Origin: Octopus bimaculoides
Taxonomy: Eukaryota
DNA length: 64,000 bases
Assembly (NCBI RefSeq): GCF_001194135.2
Contig: NC_068993.1
Span: 46,781,561 to 46,845,560, forward strand
Direction of reading: 5' to 3'
This document shows, piece after piece, positions 51,211 to 62,192 of this stretch; positions within the stretch are counted from its first letter, which is position 1, and each line of letters begins with the position of its first letter. A model generated the notes under the pieces. The model worked only from the letters and a program-made list of their open reading frames with translations. It made no database searches and was not told where the DNA came from. The translations under genes and the position numbers were made by a program.

Positions 51211-51833
51211 GTAACCTGCTCTTTGTGTTGTTGACAATACTTTATCATGTTATTGTTGGTTAGCCTCAAATCATCCCTAATTGAGCAAACCTTTCCTGAT
51301 GTAAGACATTCCAGCCATGACTTTCCCATAACTTTTTTTTCTTGACACAATGTATCTAAGGTCTGGGACTATATTATCTAATGTGTACCTTGTCCCTCCT
51401 TTAAGACAGAAGAGTGTTTGATAGAGATTTAGCTGCTATTTCTAGCAGGCTGAGTGACACTTTAGAGGCTCTCTCACTGGTTCACTGTATCGTGTACTAA
51501 AAGAAAATTTAGTGGCCCTGTTGCTTGATAACTGGTGCTGGTTTGTTTACATCCTTGCATCTTAGTAGAACAACAAAGAGTGACCAATAGAATAAGTACC
51601 AAACCTCTGAATAAATACTGGTTTTGATTTGATTGACTGAATCCTTTGATGTGGTGCTCCAGCATGGCCAAAGACAGTGACTGAAACAAGTAAAAAAGGA
51701 AAAGAATTTGTACAGAATAGCTCACTCCTCCTCCTGTTTTTAAATTCATGTGTGTGTGTATGATACATGCACACACACACACTCTTCTACACATGTATTT
51801 ATATGTGCGGTTGTGTATTGCTATATTTGCCAG

Positions 51834-51953
51834 GGTCATTTGTCGGAGGCATGGGCAATGGTCAGCAAAGCAGCTATAGCCGAGGCCTTGTTATCTTTGA
51901 CAAAACTTGATGAGTCATTGCGGCTTCCACAGGCCTGTATGAAAACTCCTACA
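51834..51953 (+). CDS. MYCBP2: MYCBP2 exon (phase 0-0), GHLSEAWAMVSKAAIAEALLSLTKLDESLRLPQACMKTPT
   Basis: Acceptor atttgccag, donor ACA|gtaagt. Confidence 0.95.
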
Positions 51954-52360
51954 GTAAGTAGCCATATTTTCATATTCTGTATTTCCATCTTCTTATTTAT
52001 CTCTCTCTATCAGTTTTATAACATTATATAAAGATTCTGTTTATTATGTAATGCGTCAAAATGTTATTCAAGCAATCAAGTATGAGTCCACAGTGTAATT
52101 AACTTCAAGAATTACCATTTTTATTTGTGCATGACTTGCACCTATATACAAGTTTCACACGCAACAGGCTTTGTACAAGTTCTGTGATCAAGCCAATGAC
52201 AGCTGGTGGTAAGCAGTTTGCCACTTAGTTATTTATAAATGTCAAACCTTTAATGGAAATGAGTGATAAATCTCTGAAAATCATAAGACATCAACATCAA
52301 AGCTATCCCTCGTTATTTCCTGATAGCTTAAGCAAGTTTCTCTTCTCTTTCTCTCCACAG

Positions 52361-52468
52361 CTATGGTTAGCCTTAGCATCTCTGTGTGTCCTTGACCAAG
52401 ACCATGTTGAACGTTTGTCATCTGGAGAATGGCGCAGCAGTCCTGATAATCAACGTGGCCCACCCCGT
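52361..52468 (+). CDS. MYCBP2: MYCBP2 exon (phase 0-0), LWLALASLCVLDQDHVERLSSGEWRSSPDNQRGPPR
   Basis: Acceptor ctctccacag, donor CGT|gtaagt. Conserved LWLALASLCVLD..HV.RLSSG motif. Confidence 0.96.
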
Positions 52469-52939
52469 GTAAGTATATGTGGCTCATTTTGTTTTCTTTG
52501 CTTTTTGTTTCATTTCTTTTGTATGTATGCATATGTCATCAGCAGCATTATTGTTGAATGTCCGTTTTCCCTGCTGGTATGGGCTGGACAATTTGACAGG
52601 ATCCAGCGAGCTGCATGGCTGCACTGAGTTCCAATGTCAGCTTTGGCATAATTTCTACAGCTGGATGCTCTTCCTAATGCCAACCACTTTTCAGTGCGCC
52701 ACCACCACTAGTGAAGCCGCTTAGTAACTTGCAACAGAAGAAAAAGACAAGAATAGGAAAGAGCTCACCCGACTTAGCTAAGGGAGTATTTGAAAGGGAA
52801 ATGTTTATATAAGTATATATGCATACACTTTCGTACATGTGTGTGCATGTATATGTGTATGTGTTTTTGCTGTGTTAGATGTATAATTTCAACATACATG
52901 CACAACAGGAAAGGAACTGAGAGGAGAGAGGAAGGAAGG

Positions 52940-53040
52940 AAGGCATCAGAGAAATCAGCTGTAGTACAAGAGAGAAGACTGCATTGGTACGGATGTGTGA
53001 TGTTGCCTGAAGGATTACAGTTGAGCGAGAAAGAGTCTGA
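52940..53040 (+). mobile_element. Decayed LINE reverse-transcriptase C-terminal fragment
   Basis: ORF 52790..53071 contains VQERRLHWYGCVM, matching the RRLRWYGHV motif of RTE-type ORF2. Confidence 0.55.
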
Positions 53041-53182
53041 TGAACTAACTGGAAGAAGCAGCGAAAGTTGATCTTGGGATGCTCAGCTTGACCAAAGAGA
53101 TAAAGGTCTGCAAGAAGTGAGATAGCATAATGGAGCAAATGTAGCAGATGATGCCAACATGAAAGAAATGGAAGAAAGAGGA

Positions 53183-53218
<36 letters not shown>

Positions 53219-53583
53219 TTGTATTTTTCTGTACATACATACTTGCTGTCATGGCCAAAAGTTTGGAACATAGGTCTGAGAACTAGAATTGAATCATTGG
53301 ATCAATTATTAGGTAAGTATATCTCTACGTTGCATATATTTGAATAGAATTATATTTGGGTATAACAGTTTTAATTTTTTTTAAATGTTCTAAACTTTTG
53401 GCCACGACTACACACACACATACCTATGCACATACACACACATGACTGCATGAAGGGCATCTTGTAAAAAAGTTGCCTCAACAGATTCCGCCTGACCCAT
53501 GCAAGCGCAGAAAAGTAGGCGTCAAAATGATGACGTGTAAATATCTGTTTCTATATATTATGTCTACTTTCTGTCTGTTTCAG

Positions 53584-53712
53584 CCTACCTGTGATAACCA
53601 TGATGATGGGGAAACCCCTGCCATCATACTTTGTAATATGTGTGGAAACTTGTGCGCCGATTGTAACCGTTTTCTCCATCTCCACCGAAGAACGAGGGCT
53701 CACCAGAGACAG
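53584..53712 (+). CDS. MYCBP2: MYCBP2 exon (phase 0-0), B-box zinc finger, PTCDNHDDGETPAIILCNMCGNLCADCNRFLHLHRRTRAHQRQ
   Basis: Acceptor ctgtttcag, donor CAG|gtaaac. C/H spacing of a B-box. Confidence 0.97.
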
Positions 53713-54778
53713 GTAAACCTCCTTTCATTGATTGGTCGAAAGGCAATGAGCTTGGCAAACTCATTAGCATGCCAGGCAAAATGCTGAACAGTAATTTCAT
53801 CTGTCTTTATGTTCTAAGTTCAAATTCTGCCAAATTTACTTTACCTTTCATCCTTTAGGGGTCAATAAAATAAAGTACCAGTTGACCACTGGGGACGATT
53901 TAATTATCTTAACCCACTCCCCTTATAATTGCTGGCCTTGTGGCAGAATTGGAAAGAACTGATTGCTTGATTGAGTGATTGATTGATCTGATTGTTGGCT
54001 GGAATCACCAACTGTATTTTTTCTTTTTTATTTATTTATTTATTTTTTTTAACTTGGTGGGTCTGGAGGAAAAAGCAATGCTGAAAGTTTCCACAGGCCT
54101 TCATAGACTGGTGCGACCGATGTTCTTAATGTTTTTCTGGAAACTTGCAAGTAAAGATGTGGGCAGGTAGGAATTTCCAAAGGACTGGCATTCTGAAAAG
54201 AAAGGACTAAGCATAAGGATTAACTTTGGACCTGGGGTTTGGGCACAAGTTTACTGAGAGGAGGTCAGAAAGACATGTTTCACCAGACACATGATGAAAG
54301 GTTAAATCTGTTTGACTGGACCTATGATGAAAGACATTCCTGTTGTAGCTACCCTGTCATTTTGTATATGTATGTTAACAATGTTCAGTGTATCTTAAAC
54401 TGCTGGGGTGTGATTTAAGTAAGATTAGGCTACTATTTCTAGCAAACTGTGTAAATGCATGGAGGCTGTATATGTTTTTTTTTTACCTGGAGTCAGACCT
54501 GATCTGGCAAACTTCTGATTCTAAAATATTCCAGTTATGACTATCTCATCATAATGGTGATATATTTGTGATAAACGTGATAGTGGTTGTAGTGACAGAA
54601 GTTTGATGATGATTGTTAACACAGTTCTACTTATGATGGTGATAACTTTTATGCAACTATCAGGAGAAGAAGTTAGGGATATCGCAGCCGATTCTCTCAC
54701 CCCATCCATCTTTATTACTTACAATGTATCGAGACTGAAGATTGGCATCTTTTTTTGTTTTTTGTCCATTATGTACAG

Positions 54779-54905
54779 GTGTTCAAAGAGGAAGAGGAGG
54801 CTATCAAGGTTGACCTGCATGAAGGATGTGGCAGAATGAAGCTGTTTTGGCTGATGCTGTTGGCTGATTCCAAATCTTTGAAAGCCATGGTTGAATTCCG
54901 AGAAG
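54779..54905 (+). CDS. MYCBP2: MYCBP2 exon (phase 0-1), VFKEEEEAIKVDLHEGCGRMKLFWLMLLADSKSLKAMVEFRE
   Basis: Acceptor tatgtacag, donor AAG|gtagat. Confidence 0.97.
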
Positions 54906-55323
54906 GTAGATATCTTTTAGAAATCTCTCTCTCTCGTTTATTCACACATATGTGAAACATTTATCGTTATGAGGGAGTAAATGCCCTTGATTGATCTCAT
55001 CAAAAATTTAGCATTTTTCTAGTAATCAAATACAGCAACATTTTAGCCCTGAGGCATTTTCAATTTCCGCAATTTTTTATTTTCACTCCACCCTACTGTG
55101 GAGATTCTATGTCATTCAAACAACCTTATCCAGTGTGTCCTGTTATGAGATGGTAGATTCTGACTGGAAAGATATTTGGCTGTTTTAACTAGCTGGTTGG
55201 GTGAGCAAGTAGAAGAGCCTCCTTTCCCTTGCTTGTGTAAAGACAGCTGTCAGTTACCATTTTTCTTATAGACACACCACATACCAGTTTTCACTCTATC
55301 CACTCCGCTTTTTTTTTTTTCAG

Positions 55324-55433
55324 GAAAAGTTGGTGCCACTCCTGCAGGTTCTGGAACTTGTCGTTTCTGTGGAACATCCAGTAATAACGGCCTCCTTGCC
55401 ATCGGTAACGTCTGTTCAGATGCTGAATGCCAG
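55324..55433 (+). CDS. MYCBP2: MYCBP2 exon (phase 1-0), KVGATPAGSGTCRFCGTSSNNGLLAIGNVCSDAECQ
   Basis: Acceptor poly-T cag, donor CAG|gtgatt. CRFCG...VC..CQ motif. Confidence 0.95.
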
Positions 55434-56587
55434 GTGATTACAGTTTTCTCTGGAATCTCTCTCTATTCATTAGTTCTTTCTCTTTTGATATTTCTATTTT
55501 TGTATGTGTGTATATTTAAATGACAGCAGGTGCACATGTATTTGTGTGTAGCTATGTATCTATGTACGTATGTAAGCAGACATGCCTGCCTGCCAGTCCC
55601 TGCACATTATTGCTAGAGAGTCATTGACCTTATACTAGTTTCAGCCATCCTTTTGATGGAGTTTGTATTATTTTGCTGAATTTCTAACACCTCTCCTCAT
55701 CAGAGGTGTTCACACATCATGAGTTATTGTCACCATGAGGTTCCTGGGTGGCGGTCTTAATCTATTACCCAGTTCAACACTATAACCTGACCCTGAGGTG
55801 CCTTTAGCAGGGTCTAGTTTGTTGTAAGTATTAAGACCAGGTTTCTAGCTTTAGATGCCAACTTTCTTACTATCCATCAGTTCCAGAATGCTGCCCTTCT
55901 AATTAAACTACTAAAAGTACCCAAAATAATTACCTAAAGGGCTTGCATGTTACTGATTGAAATAGTTGTGACATTCATGATGTTTCTGTCATGTATTATA
56001 ATGATAACGATAATGGATTATGGTAATTTGAGTTGTCTAAATGGTTGTAACACTGCTTAATAATTGTTTCACAGGGCCAGTAATTTTTCTGAGCAAGGGT
56101 TTAATCAGTATGATCTGCCCTAGTGTTTGATACGTACTTTGTTTTATCAACCCTGAAAGAAGTTGACCTTAATGGAATTTGAGACAAAATGTACGGTGTA
56201 ATATAACTGAATACTATAGGGCACTTTGTTTGATGTTCTAATGATTCTTCCAATCCGTTGCTCTTGAAAAGGACTTCAGGAGTATGCAGAAACCCAGAAT
56301 TGGGTGAAGGAATATTAGATCTTCAGTTAAATATGCTATTTGCTGAACCTATTTTGGTCATCTGTTAATAATTCCAATTTTGGCACAAGCTCAGCAATTT
56401 TGGTGGGAGGGTCAATCGATTGTATTGACCCTAAAAGGATGGAAACCAAACTCAACCTCAGCAGAATTTGAATTCTGAACCTACAGAATCAGAAGATATG
56501 CTATTAAGCCTTTTCTTTGATACTCCACCGATTCTGCCAGATTATCTGTTAATGTAAATGAGAGGTTGTGTTATTTTGCTGTCGTAG

Positions 56588-56779
56588 GAACATGGTCGCA
56601 ATGCCTGTACAAAGACCCTTCCCTGTGGTCACACCTGTGGAGGGATAAAGAATGAAGAGAGCTGCCTGCCTTGCTTAAACCGGTGCCCTGCCCCCAACCA
56701 ACAGATGCTCAAACAAGATGCTGACGATATGTGTATGATTTGTTTTACTGAGGCCCTTTCTGCTGCTCCAGCTTTGCAG
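56588..56779 (+). CDS. MYCBP2: MYCBP2 exon (phase 0-0), Cys-rich pre-RING segment and RING-H2 start, EHGRNACTKTLPCGHTCGG...DADDMCMICFTEALSAAPALQ
   Basis: Acceptor gctgtcgtag, donor CAG|gtaagt. Confidence 0.97.
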
Positions 56780-57327
56780 GTAAGTGAACTACAAATCTCT
56801 CTCTCTGTAATGTTTCTTGTTGTTGTCTTTCCTTCTCTCTGTAAACAATGGCTCTCTCTTTTTAAACTGCATTTGGCTCATTCTAGAGTTTAAAGTTAAA
56901 AAAAAAAAAAAAAAAGCAAGGCTGTGATATCCCTTGTTAACAGCTAATTGGAACCAGTAAAAGCTTTTACTTTTGTCTGTTTCAAAATTTTTAATCTGTT
57001 GGGTTATTAAGATAAGAGAAGCATCAATCAAATCACTTCGTAAATTAAAATGGTTTTTGGTTTTGCATCTAGTGAAAATTATTTGCTGAAAGTCATTAAT
57101 GGTCGCCTGTAATGTACAGCAAATATAGTTATATAACAGTTTGTATGTGTGTATGTAAGCACTTTAAATGCAAAGACTTCTGTATTAGACAAGAAGGAGA
57201 AAAGCAAAGATTTTTCAATACAGAAAGTAGAATATCAAAATATATTTATAAAGCTGAAAGTTCAAATTGGATTTTATGTCTCTGATAGCCAAACACTGTC
57301 TGAACAAATATATACATTGCAGTTATG

Positions 57328-57669
57328 GCCAGTGCCACCTGACTGGCACCTGTGCTGGTAGTATGTAAGAAGTACCATTTGAGTGTGGGTTGATGCTAGT
57401 GCCGCCTGACTGGCTCCCTGTGGTGGTGGGATGTAAAAAGCACTATCCAAACATGGTTGATGCCAGTACCCACTGACTGGCTCCCATGCCCATGGCATGT
57501 AAAAAGCAACCACTACACTCTGAGTGGTTGGCATTTGGAAGGGCATCCAGCTGTAGAAACCTTGCCAGATCAGATTGGAGCCTTGTGAAGCCTACTGGCA
57601 TGCCCGTCCTCAGTCAAACCATCCAGCCCATACCCGCACGGAAAGCGGATGTTAAACGATGATGATGAT
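57328..57669 (+). mobile_element. LINE 3' UTR copy with an internal ~65-bp tandem unit and (GAT)n tail
   Basis: The unit gccagtgccacctgactggc...gtaaaaagcac recurs, followed by ggaagggcatccagctgtagaaaccttgccagatcagattgg and gttaaacgatgatgatgat. Confidence 0.7.
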
Positions 57670-58010
57670 ATACACAGGGGTTTCATGGTGATGATATACA
57701 TATACAGACATATATATCTGCCTTTCTACCTTCTTCCTATGTCATCTTCAGGGGGCTTCTTCCACTTAGAATGTTTGATTATTCTTTATACACATAAATA
57801 TTGCCTTACATCAATTACATATATAATTCTTTTAGACTCCTTGCAATCCCACTGTACTTTGTGTATAGGTTTGTTTGCAATGGGTAAACAAACTATTATT
57901 GTACTGGTGTCATGAATAAAATCCAATCAGTAATGTTTGAAACTGTTCACCTATTGATGGTTATTTATTGATCATGAAAACTAGTAATTGCTTCTAGCAA
58001 CTGATTAATG

Positions 58011-58290
58011 ACATGGAGGCGATGACAAGTGACTGAGACCTTTGGCGATATGCTGTACTTGAGAAGACTCATCAAGCCAAATGAAATCATAGTTGTGGCT
58101 GATGCCAGTCACATAAATGGCACGTAAAAAGTAACCATTACACTCTTGGAGTGGTTGGTGTTAGGAAGGGCATCCAGCCAGAGACCATGCCATATCAGAC
58201 TGGAACTTGGTGCAGCTCTCTGGCTTATCAGTTCTAGTCAAACCGTCTAACCCATGTTAGCATGGAAAGCAGACACTAAATGATTATGAT
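58011..58290 (+). mobile_element. RTE-clade LINE 3' end (ORF2 C-terminus, 3' UTR and GAT-type tail)
   Basis: Translates EAMTSD*DLWRYAVLEKTHQAK*, followed by ggttggtgttaggaagggcatccag...aacccatgttagcatggaaagc, the same 3' UTR seen in other copies. Confidence 0.7.
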
Positions 58291-58367
58291 ATATTGTTTT
58301 CTTTCTGTCTTAATGTTTTCAGTTGTTGCGGTTAATCTCTTATTCCTACATTCTCTTATCATTACAG

Positions 58368-58475
58368 TTAAAATGTGCTCATGTATTCCACTTGCACTGT
58401 ACGAAGAACGTCCTCATCCGAAAGTGGGTTGGACCACGAATCACATTTGGATTCTCACTGTGTCCTATTTGCAAA
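58368..58475 (+). CDS. MYCBP2: MYCBP2 exon (phase 0-0), RING-H2 end, LKCAHVFHLHCTKNVLIRKWVGPRITFGFSLCPICK
   Basis: Acceptor tcattacag, donor AAA|gtaagt. Completes the C3H2C3 ligand set. Confidence 0.97.
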
Positions 58476-58595
58476 GTAAGTAACTCAGTCCGACAGACAT
58501 GGATCAGTGCAATAACTGTGTCATTGGAAAAAACGTAATTTCATTCTCTGGTTAAGTAGGGGTTATTTTTACTTTCTGTATAATTTTCTTCTTAC

Positions 58596-58834
58596 TGCAG
58601 TGTGGAAGGTGTTTATAAGCCATTTAAATTAAAATGCCAAACCCGTTAGATTCACTTCAACATGTAAATTTAATTTGTCAAAATATTTGAGATGCAGCAC
58701 AGAATTTTGTTCAGTGAACAGGTTGCGGTCTCAAAGCGTCGAAAATATTTTGACAAATTAAATTTAAATGTTGAAGTGAATCTAACGGTTTTTGTGTGTT
58801 TCTTAAATGGCTTATAAACACTTTCCACACTGCA
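58596..58834. repeat. Long inverted repeat (about 93-bp arms, 54-nt spacer) with a hammerhead-like variant at the junction
   Basis: Arm 58596-58688 matches the reverse complement of 58743-58834 apart from a ~14-nt divergent patch. Confidence 0.85.
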
Positions 58835-59386
58835 ATTGTTTTCGTTCCAGCACACAATCTCAGATCAGGTCACTTGCTATGCAAGTACATCTCCGTAATT
58901 TCTTCTTACTGTTTAAATAAGAAATACTCCATTCCTTAAGTTCTGTTAGGCCGAGATGTCCTGGGGCTAAACAACAATGACAAATACACGATCCTATCCC
59001 AGCAAACATAGAAAAAAAAATTTTTTTGCATCTCATATCATTTGCTATCAGTCTACATCCTCTCATATTTGCTACCCACTATAGCCACCCCTACAAACCT
59101 CTGACATTCTTCTCCATCACTGTACATCTCTCTCCCCCTTTCTTGTCCTCTCCACTCTCCCACCTCATGCATCATCTTCCTATTTTCTTATCTATATACT
59201 GGCGTTTGCTACTAATTTCACCTTTCCTCTGCTGCCACTTATCGTCACCTCCTTTCTGAGCCACTCCTATATTTCTCACCTGACCTGTACTGATATTTAC
59301 CATCCACCAAATACATTAATCTACCAATCAGCCAATTCATGGTTTTAATTTTTACTTTTAACCGAATCTTTTCCTCACCACCGTAG

Positions 59387-59596
59387 GATACCATCAACCA
59401 TCCTGTGTTGAAAGATCTGCTGGCACCAATCCGAGAACTTTATGAAGATGTACGGCGGAAAGCCTTGATGAGGCTTGAATATGAAGGATTACACAAAGCT
59501 GAAGCTATTACAACTCCAGGTGCTCGTTATTTCAATGATCCAGCCAGCTTTGCTATGGAACGCTACGCCTACTATGTATGTTATAAATGTGGCAAG
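59387..59596 (+). CDS. MYCBP2: MYCBP2 exon (phase 0-0), helical linker to TC domain, DTINHPVLKD...RKALMRLEYEGL...YAYYVCYKCGK
   Basis: Acceptor caccgtag, donor AAG|gtaagt. Confidence 0.97.
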
Positions 59597-59719
59597 GTAA
59601 GTCCAATAACGTTTTCTCTTTTATATATGTTTCCTTGGTTAAATCTCCACCAGGATCTAGTCAATAAGGTTATTGGGATTACTAGGTGAAAAAGAAAAAG
59701 GGAAAAGACAAAAGATTGT

Positions 59720-59761
59720 TAATGCTGATGAAGCAAGACTAAGACTGAAACATGTCCATTA
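59720..59761 (+). ncRNA. Candidate minimal type-I hammerhead ribozyme (sense, intronic)
   Basis: TAATG-CTGATGA-AG(11-nt loop)CT-GAA-ACATGT-C^-CATTA: 5-bp stem I, intact core, palindromic stem III, GUC cleavage triplet. Confidence 0.6.
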
Positions 59762-59860
59762 TTGTCCCTTGTCTCTGAAACAAAGATCAGTGTGGCTTAT
59801 ATTTCTAAGTATGTTATTTCAACCACAACAATTTAATATCAACTGAAGAATAGCTCATGT

Positions 59861-59905
59861 TTATGTCTGATGAAGGCTAGTAAGTTGAAACTTTGAAGTC
59901 ATTAT
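59861..59905 (+). ncRNA. Second candidate minimal hammerhead ribozyme, partly decayed (sense, intronic)
   Basis: CTGATGA-A-GGCT(agta)AGTT-GAA-ACTTTGAAGT-C^-AT: intact core, near-palindromic stem III, GUC triplet, weak stem I. Confidence 0.45.
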
Positions 59906-59955
59906 CCTCCTTTTTCTTGTAAAAGTTTCATAAATTTTATACATATATATGTATA

Positions 59956-60626
59956 TACTAGCTGAGGTATCCAGTAATAGATTACTGTCAATAAGATGTC
60001 TGTTTATAGCCACAAAATATTTTTTGTCAAATTTCCACACTGTTCAAAATTTAAAATCAATATTTATGGGTAGGACCAATTTGACGAAAAAATGAGCAGA
60101 GTTTGGTAGCAAACCTGTGTCATCGACATTTTTGTGCATGTGTGTAAAATGGCGAAATTTTACGCTTTGGGGCAGATTTTGTCAAATTGATGTCAAGATG
60201 GCTAGTGCGCAAAATGCTTAAATTTTGCTTGAGAAATAGAATGCTTTTACGTAATCAAAACCTGAAATGCTGTGGAATTAAAACAACAAATTGAAATAAT
60301 AAGTTTTAGCAAATGAAAACGATTTGCATTGAAATGAAGAATTAGCAAATGCTAAATAGATTACCGTTAACAAGCTGTCTGTTTATACCCATGAAACATT
60401 TTCCATCAAATTGGTGTCATGCTGGCTAGTGCGGAAAATGTTGAAATTTTATGATTTTTGAAAAATCAATGCTGATTAAAAATCGATTTTTAAAAAAATT
60501 CCAAGGGCATAAGTGACTCCATGGGCATAAGCCCCCCATAGGTGTCAAGTTTCATCAAGGTCTGTTGGATAGTCTTGGAGGAGTTAAAGTAACAAATTCA
60601 CAAACTTGCCATTTATTATTATAGAT
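59956..60626 (+). mobile_element. Probable Helentron-associated non-autonomous element (DINE-1/HINE-like)
   Basis: Starts TACTAGCTGAGGTATCC, ends ttattattatagat, contains an aagtttcatcaag...ggaggagtt..acaaa motif and internal direct repeats (ctgtttatagccac/ctgtttatacccat; ggctagtgcg twice). Family assignment is by recalled resemblance. Confidence 0.5.
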
Positions 60627-60675
60627 ATATATAATGTAAATATTGATGGGTTTTTTTCTTTTTGTTATATCTCAG

Positions 60676-60783
60676 GCTTACTATGGTGGAGAAGCACGCT
60701 GTGATGAACAAGCTGGTGCTGTTGATGACTACGACCCCACAGAACTGGTATGTGGGGCCTGTTCAGATGTGTCCAGAGCTCAG
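60676..60783 (+). CDS. MYCBP2: MYCBP2 exon (phase 0-0), TC domain with upstream catalytic Cys, AYYGGEARCDEQAGAVDDYDPTELVCGACSDVSRAQ
   Basis: Acceptor atatctcag, donor CAG|gtgggt. Cys codon TGT at 60700-60702. Confidence 0.97.
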
Positions 60784-61626
60784 GTGGGTCCTTTTTATAA
60801 TTATGTTTGTTTGTTTGTTTTTGTTTTGATACCTAAATTCTACTGAAACAGCTATTGAATCAATCAACTATAGAGCCTATGGGCAGTTGCTCAATTTCTT
60901 AACTTCGTGGCACTAGCAACTAAATATCCCTCAAGAAAAACTTCCTTCCTCCCTTCAGTCTCAGATACCCCTGAAAAAGGGCCATGGATGCTGTTCTTCT
61001 TCCTCTTCGTTTCACTCAGCCATAAAATAAGTCACAGCCTGCTGGTCTTAGTTCTGAATGCTCTGTTTGATTAAAAGACAGGATGGCCATGGTTGAATAT
61101 CTCAAACCATACTGTTTTATCAGAGCTGACCTGGGTGGGGCTAAACATCAACCCACCAAACAGCTTTTAAAGGGGAATCTATAGAAAGGTACTGATGCCA
61201 ACCTTTCTGATCTCCCTACTATATGCTGTTATACACTAGCTGTATACCACTGTTATTATTGCTATCACCACCACTACTATTTATACAACCACTGACACAA
61301 CAACAACCACCACCACAACTATCGCTACCACTTCCACTACATTTATTACTGTCTACTATCTGCCAGGCAAAGTGCTTAGCAGCATTTCGTCTGTCTTTAC
61401 GTTTTGAGAGCAGATTCTGCCGAGGTCAACTTAGCTTTCATCCTTTCAGAGTTGATGAAATAAGTACTGGTTGATCACTGGGGTCGATGTAATCGACTTA
61501 ACCCCACCCCCAAAATTGCTGGCTTTGTGCTAAAATTTGAAACCAATATTACTACCACTCATTCTGCTATTTATACACTCACCACCATTTTACCACTCAC
61601 CCCCGCTTCTCTATTCCTTCTTTCAG

Positions 61627-61792
61627 CTATGTCCGAAACATGGAACTGATTTTCTAGAATACAAATGTCGATATTGCTGTTCTGTTGCTGTATTTTTCTG
61701 TTTTGGAACGACTCATTTCTGCAATACCTGTCACGATGATTTCCAAAGAGTTACCAACATTCCGAAAGCTGATTTACCAAGATGTCCTGCTG
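61627..61792 (+). CDS. MYCBP2: MYCBP2 exon (phase 0-1), TC domain with downstream catalytic Cys, [41 protein letters not shown]...CPA
   Basis: Acceptor ttctttcag, donor CTG|gtaggt. Cys codon TGT at 61699-61701. Confidence 0.97.
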
Positions 61793-62192
61793 GTAGGTTA
61801 AACTACAGTACCACCACCATCACCACCACTACTACTATTTTTACTACTACTGCATATATTGTTTTATGTTTCATTAAATTTTTGTTTGCTATTAGTCTCA
61901 GCATTATCATTCTTACCACTATCAGAATCACCACCACTGCCTCCATAATCATCACAACCATGATTATCTCCACCACCACCATCACTCAACCACTTTAATC
62001 ATTAGCAACAGCATGACGAAGTTGTGACATGTACCATCACCACCACAACCACTACCACCACCACCACTACTACTACAATCAGCACCGCTGTAGCCTTCAC
62101 CACCACCCAATCATCACTCCCCCACCCCCCGTGTTTTGCTACCATTTCTCCTACCCTGACCTTTTTCTTTTCTTTTCTCTCTATCATTGCAG

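Noticed and set aside
53033-53075. CTGATGA...GCGAAAG motif
   Set aside because: There are no stems and it lies within a decayed LINE RT fragment, so it is a chance match.
61793-62192. Thr-rich read-through ORFs in the last intron (61537..61998, 62024..62308)
   Set aside because: They come from (ACC/ACT)n microsatellites. Normal splicing gives the canonical C-terminus and there is no evidence for retention.
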